DNA from: an uncultured Alphaproteobacteria bacterium
GTDB lineage: Bacteria > Pseudomonadota > Alphaproteobacteria > Rhizobiales > Beijerinckiaceae
Direction: 5' to 3'
DNA: 64,000 nucleotides
NCBI GenBank assembly: GCA_963798515.1
Contig: CAWCTS010000039.1
Span: forward strand, 4,873 to 68,872
The notes beneath the pieces are model-generated. The model did not search any database, was not told the origin of the DNA, and was given only the letters and a program-made list of their open reading frames with translations. Within the stretch, counting starts at the first letter, position 1. The number at the start of each line of letters is the position of its first letter. The position numbers were made by a program, and so were the translations under genes. Below, piece by piece: positions 1 through 9,363 of this stretch.

Positions 1-1
1 A

Positions 2-391
2 CCCGAGGCGCCGGAGGCTGCGGGAGAGGTCGCGGCGCTTGTGACGCGTCTCAAGGAGACTCTGAAAGAGCACGTCGAAGATGTGCGCCTTTCGACGCGT
101 TTGCGCGACAGCGCGGTTTGTCTCATCGCGCCGGAGCACGGCTTCGATCGCCGCTTGGCCAAGCTCCTCGCCGAGCATGGGGAGAGCGGCGCGCTCGGCA
201 AGCCCGTCCTCGAGGTCAATCCGCGTCACGCCGCCATCGTGGCGCTCGCGAAACTTCCCGAGGGCGAGGAGGCAAGCGACGGGGCGTTCCTGCTGCTCGA
301 CCTCGCGCGCATCGCCGATGGCGAGCCGCCGGTCGACGCCGCGAGCTTCGCACGTCGCCTCGCCGCGCGGCTCGCGAAAATCGCCGCGTGA
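2..391 (+). CDS. htpG: Molecular chaperone HtpG (Hsp90), C-terminal part; gene starts upstream of the window
   Basis: Motifs VEDVRLSTRLRDSAVCL, KPVLEVNPRH, LLLDLARIADGE are typical of the HtpG C-terminus; stop TGA 389-391. Confidence 0.9.
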   Translation, partial: PEAPEAAGEVAALVTRLKETLKEHVEDVRLSTRLRDSAVCLIAPEHGFDRRLAKLLAEHGESGALGKPVLEVNPRHAAIVALAKLPEGEEASDGAFLLLDLARIADGEPPVDAASFARRLAARLAKIAA

Positions 392-1275
392 GCAGAGGCG
401 ACATCTTCGAGACGCTTCCCGGCGAGACGCGTGAGAAGGCTCTCGCGCGTCTCGCCCGTTTTCTCGAGATGAACGGCATGGAAGAGGCGCGCGAGGATGC
501 GCGTCTGCTGCTTTTCGACGCCTGCAAGCTCACGCACGCCGATTACGTGCTTTCCCCCGAGTCGCCGCTCGACGAATCGGCCGCGCGCCGCCTCGCAGAA
601 AGTGCGGCAAGACGCGCCGCGCGCGAGCCCGTATCGCGCATTCTCGCGACGCGCGGCTTCTGGACGCTCGATCTCGGCGTCTTCCCCGATGTGCTCGATC
701 CGCGGCCCGACACGGAGAGCGTGGTGGATTTGGCGCTGTCGCTTGTCGGCTCGCGGCGCAATGAGGCGTTGCGCCTGCTCGATCTCGGCTCTGGCTCCGG
801 CGCGCTGCTCTGCGCGCTCCTCGTTGAGCTTCCTCAGGCCTTCGGGGTCGCGGTCGATCGCTCGCCGCAAGCGCTGCTCGCGACGCGCGCGAATCTGACG
901 CGCTGCGGTCTCTCTGAACGCGCTTCGGTTCTATGCGGAGCTTGGGGAAGCGCGCTCGGCGGGACCTTCGATCTCATCGTTTCCAACCCGCCTTACGTGA
1001 AGAGCGGTGAGATCGATGGATTGTCGCCGGAAGTGCGTCTGCACGACCCCCGTCTCGCGCTCGACGGCGGCTTGGACGGATTCTCCTGCATCCGCTGCAT
1101 CGCCATGGATTCGCCACGATTGCTGAGGTCCGGGGGCGTTGTCGTCATCGAGGTGGGCATCGGCCAGGCGCGCGAGACGGCGGCTCTGCTCGCCAGGGTG
1201 GGACTCGAAAGCGCCGGAATCCGCCAGGATGCGGGCGGTCGCGAGCGCGCCGTGGCCGCTCGCCGTCCACTGTGA
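388..1275 (+). CDS. prmC: Release factor glutamine methyltransferase PrmC/HemK
   Basis: REPVSRI, VLDPRPDTE, LDLGSGSG, DLIVSNPPY, LALDGGLDG; GTG start overlaps the htpG stop (GTGA). Confidence 0.93.
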   Translation: MSRGDIFETLPGETREKALARLARFLEMNGMEEAREDARLLLFDACKLTHADYVLSPESPLDESAARRLAESAARRAAREPVSRILATRGFWTLDLGVFPDVLDPRPDTESVVDLALSLVGSRRNEALRLLDLGSGSGALLCALLVELPQAFGVAVDRSPQALLATRANLTRCGLSERASVLCGAWGSALGGTFDLIVSNPPYVKSGEIDGLSPEVRLHDPRLALDGGLDGFSCIRCIAMDSPRLLRSGGVVVIEVGIGQARETAALLARVGLESAGIRQDAGGRERAVAARRPL

Positions 1276-1324
1276 TAAAGTTGCCACGGTCGAACGCTTT
1301 TTTATGGATAGTCGGCGTAAGCCC

Positions 1325-1353
1325 TTGGCGAAGCGTCGCGCGTCTTATATAAG
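1325..1353 (+). promoter_or_regulatory. Putative sigma70-type promoter for the DUF4167 gene
   Basis: TTGGCG-N17-TATAAG in an AT-richer patch ~400 nt upstream of the ATG at 1752. Confidence 0.45.
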
Positions 1354-1751
1354 AGAGGTATCGGCTTGCTCGTATTGTAGCGATGCAGCCTAGGGCGCTC
1401 GCGCTGGGCGAGCGCCGGCTGCCAAGTGGAACCTTCGGGCAGAGGATGCGATCGCCGATGACGGCGAGCGGTTTTTCCTGGGTTCACCGATGGGGTCGCC
1501 CGGCTTTGGGAGCGCGCTGCAGCAGAGCGCGCGGCAACCGCTGGGCCATCTGACGATCCGGCAATGAGACGAAGGGCGCGCTGAAGCGCCAGTCTCGATG
1601 TGGCGGCGCGGCGCTGGCGCCGCCGGCGCGAACAGTTCGCCAAGCGTGATCACATCCGTTTCTGGAGCCTTGCTGCGGCCTGCGGATCGAAGCCTCAACG
1701 CAAGAGGAGCGCAAGGCTTCCCGCCTGAATAAGGATCATTGGGGACATTCT

Positions 1752-2693
1752 ATGAGACCAGGACAGAACAAACGTTTGCGCGGGCGTCCGGGACGCAAGG
1801 GACCCAATCCGCTGACGCGCTCCTTCGAGTCCAACGGACCCGACGTGAAGATTCGCGGCACCGCCCAGCATGTCGCCGAGAAATATCTCCAGCTCGCGCG
1901 CGACGCCCAGTCTTCGGGCGACATCGTCTTGGCGGAAAATCTTCTGCAGCACGCGGAGCATTATTTCCGTCTGATCGCCGCGGCTCAGCAGCAGAACGGC
2001 GGCTATGGCCGTCCCAACTACGAGCAGGAGGCGGAGCTCGAGGACGACGACGATTTCACGGGCGTGCCGGATCGTTTCGCGCCACTCTCCGAACGCCTCC
2101 CCGCGCCCGCTTACTCCCAGCAGCAGCCGAATTTCCAGCCGCCGGCCACCTTCGCGAATGCGCCGCAACCAAGTTTTCAGGCGCCGCAACCCCAGCCCCA
2201 GCCCTTCGAAGAGCGGCCGGCCTATCCGGAAATGCGGCATGAGCGGCCCGTGCGTAATGACCGCGTTCAATTCGGCGGCCGCAATCGCGACCGCAATCAG
2301 GAGCAGAACCCCGAAGGCGGCGAGCGCGCGGAACGCGGCGACCGGCCCGAGCGCGGCGATCGTCAGCCGCGTTTCGGTTTCGACCGAAATAATCGCGAGC
2401 GTCCTCGTTTCGAGCAGCGCCGGGACCGAGATCGGGAACGCGAGCCCGCTTTCGGCGCGGAGCCGCCTGGAGCCCCCGAGGGCGGCGCCGCGCTGCCGGC
2501 TTTCATCACCGCTCCCGTGCCGCGCCCCGGCGCCGCGAGCGAGAGCCCGGCTTCCGACGCCGGCGAGGAGCGCCCGAACGGCGGTCGCGGCGGATTTGCG
2601 ATGAACCCGCGGCGTCGCTCGCGCGCGCCGCGAGAGGAGGCCGCGAGCGAAGGAACGGCGACCGCCGCCGGAGAATTGCCGCTCGGCGAGTGA
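1752..2693 (+). CDS. DUF4167 domain protein with a long low-complexity R/E/Q/P tail
   Basis: NPLTRSFESNGPDVKIRGTAQHVAEKYLQLARDA...AENLLQHAEHYFR is the DUF4167 signature; this family usually follows prmC. Confidence 0.9.
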   Translation: MRPGQNKRLRGRPGRKGPNPLTRSFESNGPDVKIRGTAQHVAEKYLQLARDAQSSGDIVLAENLLQHAEHYFRLIAAAQQQNGGYGRPNYEQEAELEDDDDFTGVPDRFAPLSERLPAPAYSQQQPNFQPPATFANAPQPSFQAPQPQPQPFEERPAYPEMRHERPVRNDRVQFGGRNRDRNQEQNPEGGERAERGDRPERGDRQPRFGFDRNNRERPRFEQRRDRDREREPAFGAEPPGAPEGGAALPAFITAPVPRPGAASESPASDAGEERPNGGRGGFAMNPRRRSRAPREEAASEGTATAAGELPLGE

Positions 2694-2766
2694 GCGGGCG
2701 AGGCGGGCTTTGCGCTCGAGCGGAATCGTTCGAGCAACACAGCGTCGCGCTCGCTTAGAATTCGTC

Positions 2767-3519
2767 TCAAGCGCGAGCCGCGTCGCCGATCTTGATCTCG
2801 CCGCCCTCGAGAACCCTCGCATAGACGCCGCAGTCGATGTGGCCGAAGCGCTTGCGCAAGGTGTCCACGACGTCCATGTCGCGTTCGCCGCTGATGGGGT
2901 CGACGCCGGTCGCGGCGCATCGGTCAATCATCTTCAGGACTTCGAGCTTGGCGCCGCCCAGCGTCAGCGTCTTGCCGACGAGCTCGGCCTCGGCCCATGG
3001 CGCCATATCCACGAGATGGATGTTAGCGCGAAAGCGCAGCGCGTCGACGGCCTCGCCCGCCGCATCGGCGATCGCTTCGACGCTCGCGAGATTGATCAGC
3101 GAGACGAAGCCGGATTTCGAATCCATGAAGCGATGCCCGTCCGGCGCCGCGAGCAGACGCACGGGGCCGCGAATTTCGTCGCCGAGAAACGCCGTAAGGT
3201 AGTTTTCGATTGCGGCCTGTCCTTCGCGCCGGTCGAGCCTTCCTTGAGCGACGAGCTTGCCCTTGAGCCGGATCGTCAGCGTCTTCGTCGCGTCGTCGTA
3301 GCGCGTCGTAAGCGCGGCGAGCCTGCCGTTGCGCATGAGCATCAGGAACTTGATCTTCGGCTGATGCGTCGGCGCTTCGGGGTCGAAGCCCGAGGGTCCG
3401 TTTTCAAGCGCGAACAGCCGGTCGCAGGGGAAATGCGCGTCTTCGACGAGCTTCGCCGATTGCAGCGGCTCGGGCGTCAGTCCTTTGACGGGGTGGCGGT
3501 AGAGCTGAGCGACTCGCAT
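2767..3519 (-). CDS. MOSC domain protein (YcbX/mARC-like)
   Basis: LYRHPVKG, DRLFAL, VSLINLAS, RFRANI, RCAAT (MOSC Cys), CGVYARV; start at MRVAQ. Confidence 0.88.
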   Translation of the reverse strand: MRVAQLYRHPVKGLTPEPLQSAKLVEDAHFPCDRLFALENGPSGFDPEAPTHQPKIKFLMLMRNGRLAALTTRYDDATKTLTIRLKGKLVAQGRLDRREGQAAIENYLTAFLGDEIRGPVRLLAAPDGHRFMDSKSGFVSLINLASVEAIADAAGEAVDALRFRANIHLVDMAPWAEAELVGKTLTLGGAKLEVLKMIDRCAATGVDPISGERDMDVVDTLRKRFGHIDCGVYARVLEGGEIKIGDAARA

Positions 3520-3757
3520 CGATATCCTGGATCGACTTGCTGCGCCCTGCGGGGCGCAATTCTCCGCCGACGGCTCCCGCCAAAGCCGCGTGAGCGCAGA
3601 TAGGCTTATCATACGCGCCGAGCCGCGCCTCTCAAGAGGGAGATGGAAAGCCGCAGAAATTCATCCGCTCTCGACGTCGCCGGATGCGCCGAACGGCGCT
3701 ATTTAGCCGGAGGTTCACAGGACCGAAGGTCGCGGGCGCGAGCTGGGGAGGAACACC

Positions 3758-4450
3758 TTGAGCGAACATTGGGTCGTATCGGGCGCGAGCCGCGGCATCG
3801 GTCTCGAGCTCGTTCGCGAGCTCGCGGCGCGCGGGGAGCGCGTCACCGCGAGCCTGCGCAATGAGGCGGCAAAGGACGTGCTCGCCGCCTCGCTCGCCGC
3901 CCAGCATGCGCGCGTGGAAACCAGGCTGTTCGACATGCGCGACAGCACCGCGATCGACGCCGCCGCAAAAACAATCGCGGGTCCGATCGACGTTATCGTC
4001 GCCAACGCTGGCGTTGGCGGCCCTTCTCCGCAGACGCCGCTGGAGGTGGACTTGGAGAAGGCGCTCGACGTGTTCTCGATCAACACGCTCGGCCCGCTGC
4101 GGCTCGTGCGCGCGCTGCTGCCTCATCTCAATGGCGCCGCCAATCCGCGCATCGCGCTCGTCTCGAGCCGGCTGGGTTCGATGACCGACGTGCGTCCCCA
4201 GAGCGCCGTCTACGCCGCAAGCAAGTCGGCGCTCAATAAGCTCGCGCAGTGCTTGGCCGAGGAGCTGAAGCCGCGCGGGATCGTCGTGGTCGCGCTGCAC
4301 CCCGGCTGGGTGCGCACCGACATGGGCGGCCATAGCGCTCCGCTCTCCGTGCAGGAGAGCGCCTCCGGCATCATCGCCACGCTCGACGCGCTGACGCTCG
4401 CCGACAGCGGGAGCTTCATCGATCAGCGTGGCGAGAGCGTTGCCTGGTAG
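3758..4450 (+). CDS. Short-chain dehydrogenase/reductase (CsgA/C-factor-like)
   Basis: SGASRGIG, NAG, YAASK catalytic motif, LHPGWVRTDMGG. Confidence 0.9.
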   Translation: MSEHWVVSGASRGIGLELVRELAARGERVTASLRNEAAKDVLAASLAAQHARVETRLFDMRDSTAIDAAAKTIAGPIDVIVANAGVGGPSPQTPLEVDLEKALDVFSINTLGPLRLVRALLPHLNGAANPRIALVSSRLGSMTDVRPQSAVYAASKSALNKLAQCLAEELKPRGIVVVALHPGWVRTDMGGHSAPLSVQESASGIIATLDALTLADSGSFIDQRGESVAW

Positions 4451-4460
4451 GACGTTCGCT

Positions 4461-5918
4461 TTAACCGCGCCGCGACACGCGCGCGACGAAAAAGCCGTCG
4501 ACGCCGGCAAGCCGGGGATCGTCGTTGGGCAGCATCTGCGGCGTCGTGCGCAGATCGCCGTCGCGATTGACGAATTCCGCCGGCGCGCCCAGCGCGGCCG
4601 GATCGACGATGTCGCGGCGGAAATCCGGATTGCGGCGCAGGAAGGCGGCGATCTGATTCTCGCCCTCTTCGGGCTCGAGCGAGCAGACGCAATAGACGAT
4701 GCGTCCGCCCGGGCGCGTCAGGGCCGCGGCGCGATCCAGCATCTTGGCCTGCAGCGCGGCGAGCGACTCGATGTCGCCGGGCTTTTTGGTCCAGGCGACG
4801 TCGGGGTGACGGCGGATCGTGCCTGTCGCGGAGCAGGGCGCGTCGATCAGAATCGCGTCGAAATGCGGAGCCGAGTAGCCTGTCGCATCGGCGACCGCGA
4901 TATCGGCGTGCAGCTTCAGCCGGTGCAGATTGGCGGCGAGAAGCTTGAGGCGTTCGGCGGAGCGGTCTAGGGCGGTGACAGACGCGCCCATGCTGGCCAG
5001 CTGCGCGGTCTTGCCGCCGGGCGCGGCGCACATGTCGAGCACCCGCTCGTCGGGCTTGGCGTCTAGGAGGCGCGCCGGCAGCGCCGCCGCCGCATCCTGC
5101 ACCCACCATTCGCCCTCGTCGAAACCCGCGAGCGTGACGATCGGCTCGCGCGTCAGCAGGCGCACAGAGCCTGTCGGCAGCACGACGCCGCCAAGGCGTT
5201 CCGCCCAGCTTGCCGCGTCGGATTTCGTGGTGACATCGAGCGGCGGCTCGCACATCTGCATCTGGGTGATGCGCCGCGCCAGAGCGTCGCCGTAATTTTT
5301 GCGCCAGCGCTGCGAAAGCCACGGCGGCGCGTCGTAATCGCCACTTTCCGCGAGCGCCAGAAACTCGTCGCGCCGCCGAACGAGATTGCGCAGCACGCCA
5401 TTCACGAGTCCCGCGAAGCCCGCAGTTTTGGGCTCGAGCCGCACGGCGCGCACGGCGAGGTCGACGGCGGCGTGATCGGCCGCCTCCAGAAAGAGAATTT
5501 GCGCCGCTGCGGCGATCAGCGTCCATTCGATGCGCGTCGCCTGCCGCGGCAGGCCTTTTTCGAGCAGGAGCGAAAGCGCGCGGCGGATCACGCCAAGACG
5601 GCGCAGCGCGACCGTGGCGATTGAGCGGGCGAGCGCGACGTCGCGCGCCTCGAGCCCCGCGATGCGATTGGGAACCGCGAGCGGCGTGAAGCACTCGTCG
5701 AGACGATGTCCGCCCTGCACCACGTCGCAGATGATATGCGCCGCGGCGAGCCGAGCCGGCAGGCCTGGAATTTTTTGCGCCTCGGCCTCGCGCGCCTCCT
5801 CAGCGAGGAGGAACCCCTGCCGAGAGGAACCGCGCCCCGCCGTCTTGGCTTTCGAAAGGAAAGTTCTAGAGTTCTGGGTCGCCAACAAACGGCCTCCGGT
5901 CCCTGCTGCTGCTCCCAT
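4461..5918 (-). CDS. rsmB: RsmB/NOP-family rRNA cytosine-C5 methyltransferase (Sun protein); start uncertain
   Basis: NusB-like N-domain, VQDAAA, DMCAAPGGKT, DAPCSATGT, YCVCSL, DGFF. Confidence 0.85.
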   Translation of the reverse strand: MGAAAGTGGRLLATQNSRTFLSKAKTAGRGSSRQGFLLAEEAREAEAQKIPGLPARLAAAHIICDVVQGGHRLDECFTPLAVPNRIAGLEARDVALARSIATVALRRLGVIRRALSLLLEKGLPRQATRIEWTLIAAAAQILFLEAADHAAVDLAVRAVRLEPKTAGFAGLVNGVLRNLVRRRDEFLALAESGDYDAPPWLSQRWRKNYGDALARRITQMQMCEPPLDVTTKSDAASWAERLGGVVLPTGSVRLLTREPIVTLAGFDEGEWWVQDAAAALPARLLDAKPDERVLDMCAAPGGKTAQLASMGASVTALDRSAERLKLLAANLHRLKLHADIAVADATGYSAPHFDAILIDAPCSATGTIRRHPDVAWTKKPGDIESLAALQAKMLDRAAALTRPGGRIVYCVCSLEPEEGENQIAAFLRRNPDFRRDIVDPAALGAPAEFVNRDGDLRTTPQMLPNDDPRLAGVDGFFVARVSRRG

Positions 5919-5959
5919 AGCACGCTACGGGCCGAAGCTCGCGCGAAGATGGAGGCGAG

Positions 5960-6193
5960 ATGACGACAAAAAACGTGAAGCCCGGGGAAGATGAAAAGAC
6001 TCTTCCCACGGATGGAAAGCTCGAGCGCGCCGATGCGCTCGCTCCCGCTGCGCGCCGCGCCCTGGAGGAAGCCGCCGCGCGGCGCGCCGCCGCTCCGCAA
6101 TCGGCGCCAAGCGATGAGATTGGCGGTCGCGGCGGCCTCGAGCCCACCCGCTACGGCGACTGGGAGAAAAAGGGCATCGCGAGCGATTTTTGA
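5960..6193 (+). CDS. DUF1674 / SDH assembly factor 4-like small protein
   Basis: C-terminal GGRGGLEPTRYGDWEKKGIASDF signature; GGAGG RBS. Confidence 0.88.
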   Translation: MTTKNVKPGEDEKTLPTDGKLERADALAPAARRALEEAAARRAAAPQSAPSDEIGGRGGLEPTRYGDWEKKGIASDF

Positions 6194-6196
6194 GGC

Positions 6197-6937
6197 TTAC
6201 GCCGCGCCCTGCGCCTTCAGAAAGGCCAACATGCGCGCAAAGGCGTCCTGGGCAGCCTCCTTGCGATAGCTTTCGCGATAATCGGCGAAGAAGGCGTGCG
6301 GCGCATTCGGGTAGATGACGATCTCGCCCGGCGCGGGCGCTGCGCCAAGAAGCGCGCGCATCTTCTCCACGAGTTCCAGGGGGATGGAGGGATCGGCGCC
6401 GCCATAGAGCCCCAGAGACGGGACCGCGAGCCTCTGCGCCACGTCGATCGGCCATTGCGGCTGATTTTCCGTGCGCTCGCCGTCGAGTCGTCCATACCAG
6501 GGGACGACGGCGCGCAGCTTCGGATTATGCGCCGCATAGAGCCAGGCCATGCGGCCGCCCCAGCAGAAGCCGGTGATCGCGGCGCGCGTCGCGTCGCCGC
6601 CGAGCGCGGAGGCGTAGGCGAGGGCCATATCGAAATCCTGCATGGCTTGCGCGTCCGGGACCTTCATCACGATCGCGCGGATCGCCGCGATCTCCTGCTC
6701 CTTCGACGGATCGCCGACGCGAAAGAAGAAATCGGGAGCGATCGCGAGATAGCCTTCCGCCGCAAAGCGGCGCGCGACATCGCGAATGTGATCGTTGAGG
6801 CCGAAGATTTCCGCAACGACGATGAGGATCGGCGGGTGGGCGCGCGCTGCGGGCTTCGCCACATAGGCGGGCATATCGCCGACGCGCGCGTCGCCTGCGT
6901 CAATGGGAGCGCCGTTTTGGGCGGCAGTTTGCGACAT
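6197..6937 (-). CDS. Dienelactone hydrolase family protein
   Basis: EIFGL, GFCWGG nucleophile elbow, HAF; GGAGGGAG RBS before MSQTAAQ. Confidence 0.9.
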   Translation of the reverse strand: MSQTAAQNGAPIDAGDARVGDMPAYVAKPAARAHPPILIVVAEIFGLNDHIRDVARRFAAEGYLAIAPDFFFRVGDPSKEQEIAAIRAIVMKVPDAQAMQDFDMALAYASALGGDATRAAITGFCWGGRMAWLYAAHNPKLRAVVPWYGRLDGERTENQPQWPIDVAQRLAVPSLGLYGGADPSIPLELVEKMRALLGAAPAPGEIVIYPNAPHAFFADYRESYRKEAAQDAFARMLAFLKAQGAA

Positions 6938-7103
6938 GGCTCCCTCCTTTTGCGCTGGCGTCTCGATGAGACCACTCTGGTTGCGCGCGCGCGGCTTCTC
7001 AAGCCCGCAAAAGAAGAGTATACGCCCCCGCCGAACCCCGAAGGGGCCAAGGTCGTGCTTCCGGCGCCTTTTTTGCGGCAGGTCATAGAGGAAAGGTCGC
7101 TCG

Positions 7104-9068
7104 ATGGCCGATAGTGGGACCGTGCAAAGATCAGGCGCCGAGCCTTTGCCCGCGGGCGCGACAGCGGAAGCCGGGACCGAGGCGCATTCAGGCGCGCCGA
7201 TGCCCGCGCTCATCCTGGGCGCCATCGGGGTCGTCTACGGCGACATCGGCACGAGCCCGCTCTATGCGCTGCGCGAGTCGCTCTCGCATGCTTCCAAAGC
7301 GGGGCGGCTGACGGAAGAGGCGATCATCGGCGCGACGTCGCTGCTCATCTATGCGCTGATCTTCACCGTTACAGCCAAATATGTGCTGTTCTTGATGCGC
7401 GCCGACAACCGAGGCGAAGGCGGCATACTGTCGCTGATGGCGCTTGCGCAATCGGCGCTGGGCCGACGCGCCCGCGTCGTCTTCCTGCTCGGCGTCGCCG
7501 GCGCCGCGCTTTTTTCGGGCGACGCGATCATCACGCCGGCGATCTCCGTGCTCTCCGCCGTCGAGGGTCTCGATCTCGTCACGGAGCGCTTCAAGGATTA
7601 TGTGAACTTCAAGGATTACGTGCTGGAGATCACCATCGCGATCCTCGTCCTGCTGTTTTGGGTGCAAAGCCACGGCACGGCGAAGGTCGCAGCCTTCTTC
7701 GGGCCGATCATGGTGGTCTTTTTCATCGTGATCGGCGTGCTGGGCGCGATGCATATTCCCGACGCGCCGCAGACGCTTCACGCCTTCAATCCGCTGATCG
7801 GCCTGCGATTCCTGTTTCACAATGGCTGGCTTGGCTTCGTGGTGCTCGGCTCCGTGTTTCTCGGCGTGACGGGCGCGGAGGCGCTCTACGCCGACATGGG
7901 CCATTTCGGACGGCTGCCGATCCAGGCGGCCTGGACCTTCTTCGTGCTGCCGGCGCTGCTGCTCAACTATCTGGGGCAGGGCGCGCTGATCCTGGCGGAC
8001 CCGAGCGCCATCGATAATCCCTTCTTTCGCCTCGCCCCCGAATGGGGCTTGGCTCCGCTCGGTCTCGTGATTCTCTCCACCGTCGCGACCGTCATCGCGA
8101 GCCAGGCTGTAGTTACCGGCGCCTTCTCTCTCGTGCGCCAAGCGATCCAGCTGGGCCTCTTGCCGCGCCTCGAGATCACCCACACTTCGGAGAAGCAAGA
8201 AGGGCAGATCTATATCGCCCGCGTGAACCGCCTGCTGCTCATCGGCGTGCTCATTCTCGTCGTTTTGTTCAAGAACTCCTCGGCGCTCGCCTCCGCCTAT
8301 GGCATCGCCGTCACCGGCACGATGGTGACCACCACCGCGCTGGCTTTCGTCGTCGTCTGGAAGCGCTGGCGCTGGCCCCTATGGGCGGCGATTCCCTTCG
8401 TCTCCGTCTTCCTCGTTATCGATCTCGCCTTCCTGGCGGCCAATCTGATAAAGGTCCGCGACGGCGGTTGGGTGCCGCTGACGCTGGGCGCCTGCTCCAT
8501 GGTGGTCATGTGGACCTGGGTGCGCGGGACGCATCTCCTGGCGGAGAAGACGCATCGCGACTCGATCCCGATCCGCGAACTCATCGCGATGCTCGAGAAA
8601 TCAAAGCCCACAAGGGTCAAGGGCACGGCGGTGTTCCTGACGAGCGATCCCAATGTCGCGCCCGCCGCGCTGATGCATAATCTCAAGCACAATAAGGTGC
8701 TGCACGAGCGCGTGCTGGTGATCTCGGTCGCGACCGAGGATGTGCCGCGCGTTTCGCTGGCCAAGCGCTTCGAGATCGAGAAGCTCTCCGAGGACTTCAC
8801 GGGCATCAGGCTCCACTACGGCTTCATGGAGAGCCCGCGCGTGCCTGCGGCGCTCGCGCAATTGCGCAAGACCGGCCTGAAATACGACATCATGACGACG
8901 TCCTTCTTCCTCGGGCGGCGCTCGATCATCGAGAGCGCCGGCTCGGAAATGCCCATGTGGCAGGACAAGCTCTACATCGCGCTCACGCATCAGGCGGCGA
9001 ACGCCACGGACTTTTTCTCCATACCCTCGGACCGCGTCGTCGAGCTCGGCGCGCGCGTGACGATTTGA
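7104..9068 (+). CDS. kup: Potassium transporter Kup
   Basis: GVVYGDIGTSPLY, GEGG, TPAISVLSAVEG, GAEALYADMGHFG, GQIYI, LAAAYGIA-like, HNLKHNKVLH. Confidence 0.96.
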   Translation: MADSGTVQRSGAEPLPAGATAEAGTEAHSGAPMPALILGAIGVVYGDIGTSPLYALRESLSHASKAGRLTEEAIIGATSLLIYALIFTVTAKYVLFLMRADNRGEGGILSLMALAQSALGRRARVVFLLGVAGAALFSGDAIITPAISVLSAVEGLDLVTERFKDYVNFKDYVLEITIAILVLLFWVQSHGTAKVAAFFGPIMVVFFIVIGVLGAMHIPDAPQTLHAFNPLIGLRFLFHNGWLGFVVLGSVFLGVTGAEALYADMGHFGRLPIQAAWTFFVLPALLLNYLGQGALILADPSAIDNPFFRLAPEWGLAPLGLVILSTVATVIASQAVVTGAFSLVRQAIQLGLLPRLEITHTSEKQEGQIYIARVNRLLLIGVLILVVLFKNSSALASAYGIAVTGTMVTTTALAFVVVWKRWRWPLWAAIPFVSVFLVIDLAFLAANLIKVRDGGWVPLTLGACSMVVMWTWVRGTHLLAEKTHRDSIPIRELIAMLEKSKPTRVKGTAVFLTSDPNVAPAALMHNLKHNKVLHERVLVISVATEDVPRVSLAKRFEIEKLSEDFTGIRLHYGFMESPRVPAALAQLRKTGLKYDIMTTSFFLGRRSIIESAGSEMPMWQDKLYIALTHQAANATDFFSIPSDRVVELGARVTI

Positions 9069-9078
9069 TCGCCGGCTT

Positions 9079-9095
9079 TGCGACAAACTGTCGCA
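9079..9095. promoter_or_regulatory. Palindrome TGCGAC-N5-GTCGCA, candidate RegR/RegA/PrrA box upstream of the cyd operon
   Basis: TGCGACAAACTGTCGCA fits GCGRC-N5-GYCGC; RegA-type regulators control cyd genes in other alphaproteobacteria; could instead be a small kup terminator stem. Confidence 0.5.
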
Positions 9096-9175
9096 TCCAA
9101 GCCGCAGCAGAACCGCATAGCTAGCCGCGCAACCCAGCCGAGGCTTGGCTGGCGGGCGGCAAAGGGAACGAATTC

Positions 9176-9340
9176 GTGAAACAGCGCTCGCTGGGCAGAG
9201 AAATCGGCCTTGTCCTGGCGCTGAAGATCGCCGCGCTCGCCGCGCTCTATTTCGCATTTTTCGCCGGCGCTCACCGCCTCCATGTCACGCCTCGGTCAGT
9301 CGCGGCGCTTATCTCGGCTCCAACGCCCGCTGCGCGCTGA
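9176..9340 (+). CDS. Small membrane protein upstream of cydA (CydP-like), 54 aa; absent from the ORF track
   Basis: GTG..TGA translates to MKQRSLGREIGLVLALKIAALAALYFAFFAGAHRLHVTPRSVAALISAPTPAAR, one TM helix, AAGGGA RBS, stop ~20 nt before cydA. Confidence 0.72.
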   Translation: MKQRSLGREIGLVLALKIAALAALYFAFFAGAHRLHVTPRSVAALISAPTPAAR

Positions 9341-9363
9341 CCCTCGTTCGGGGAGACCCTGTG

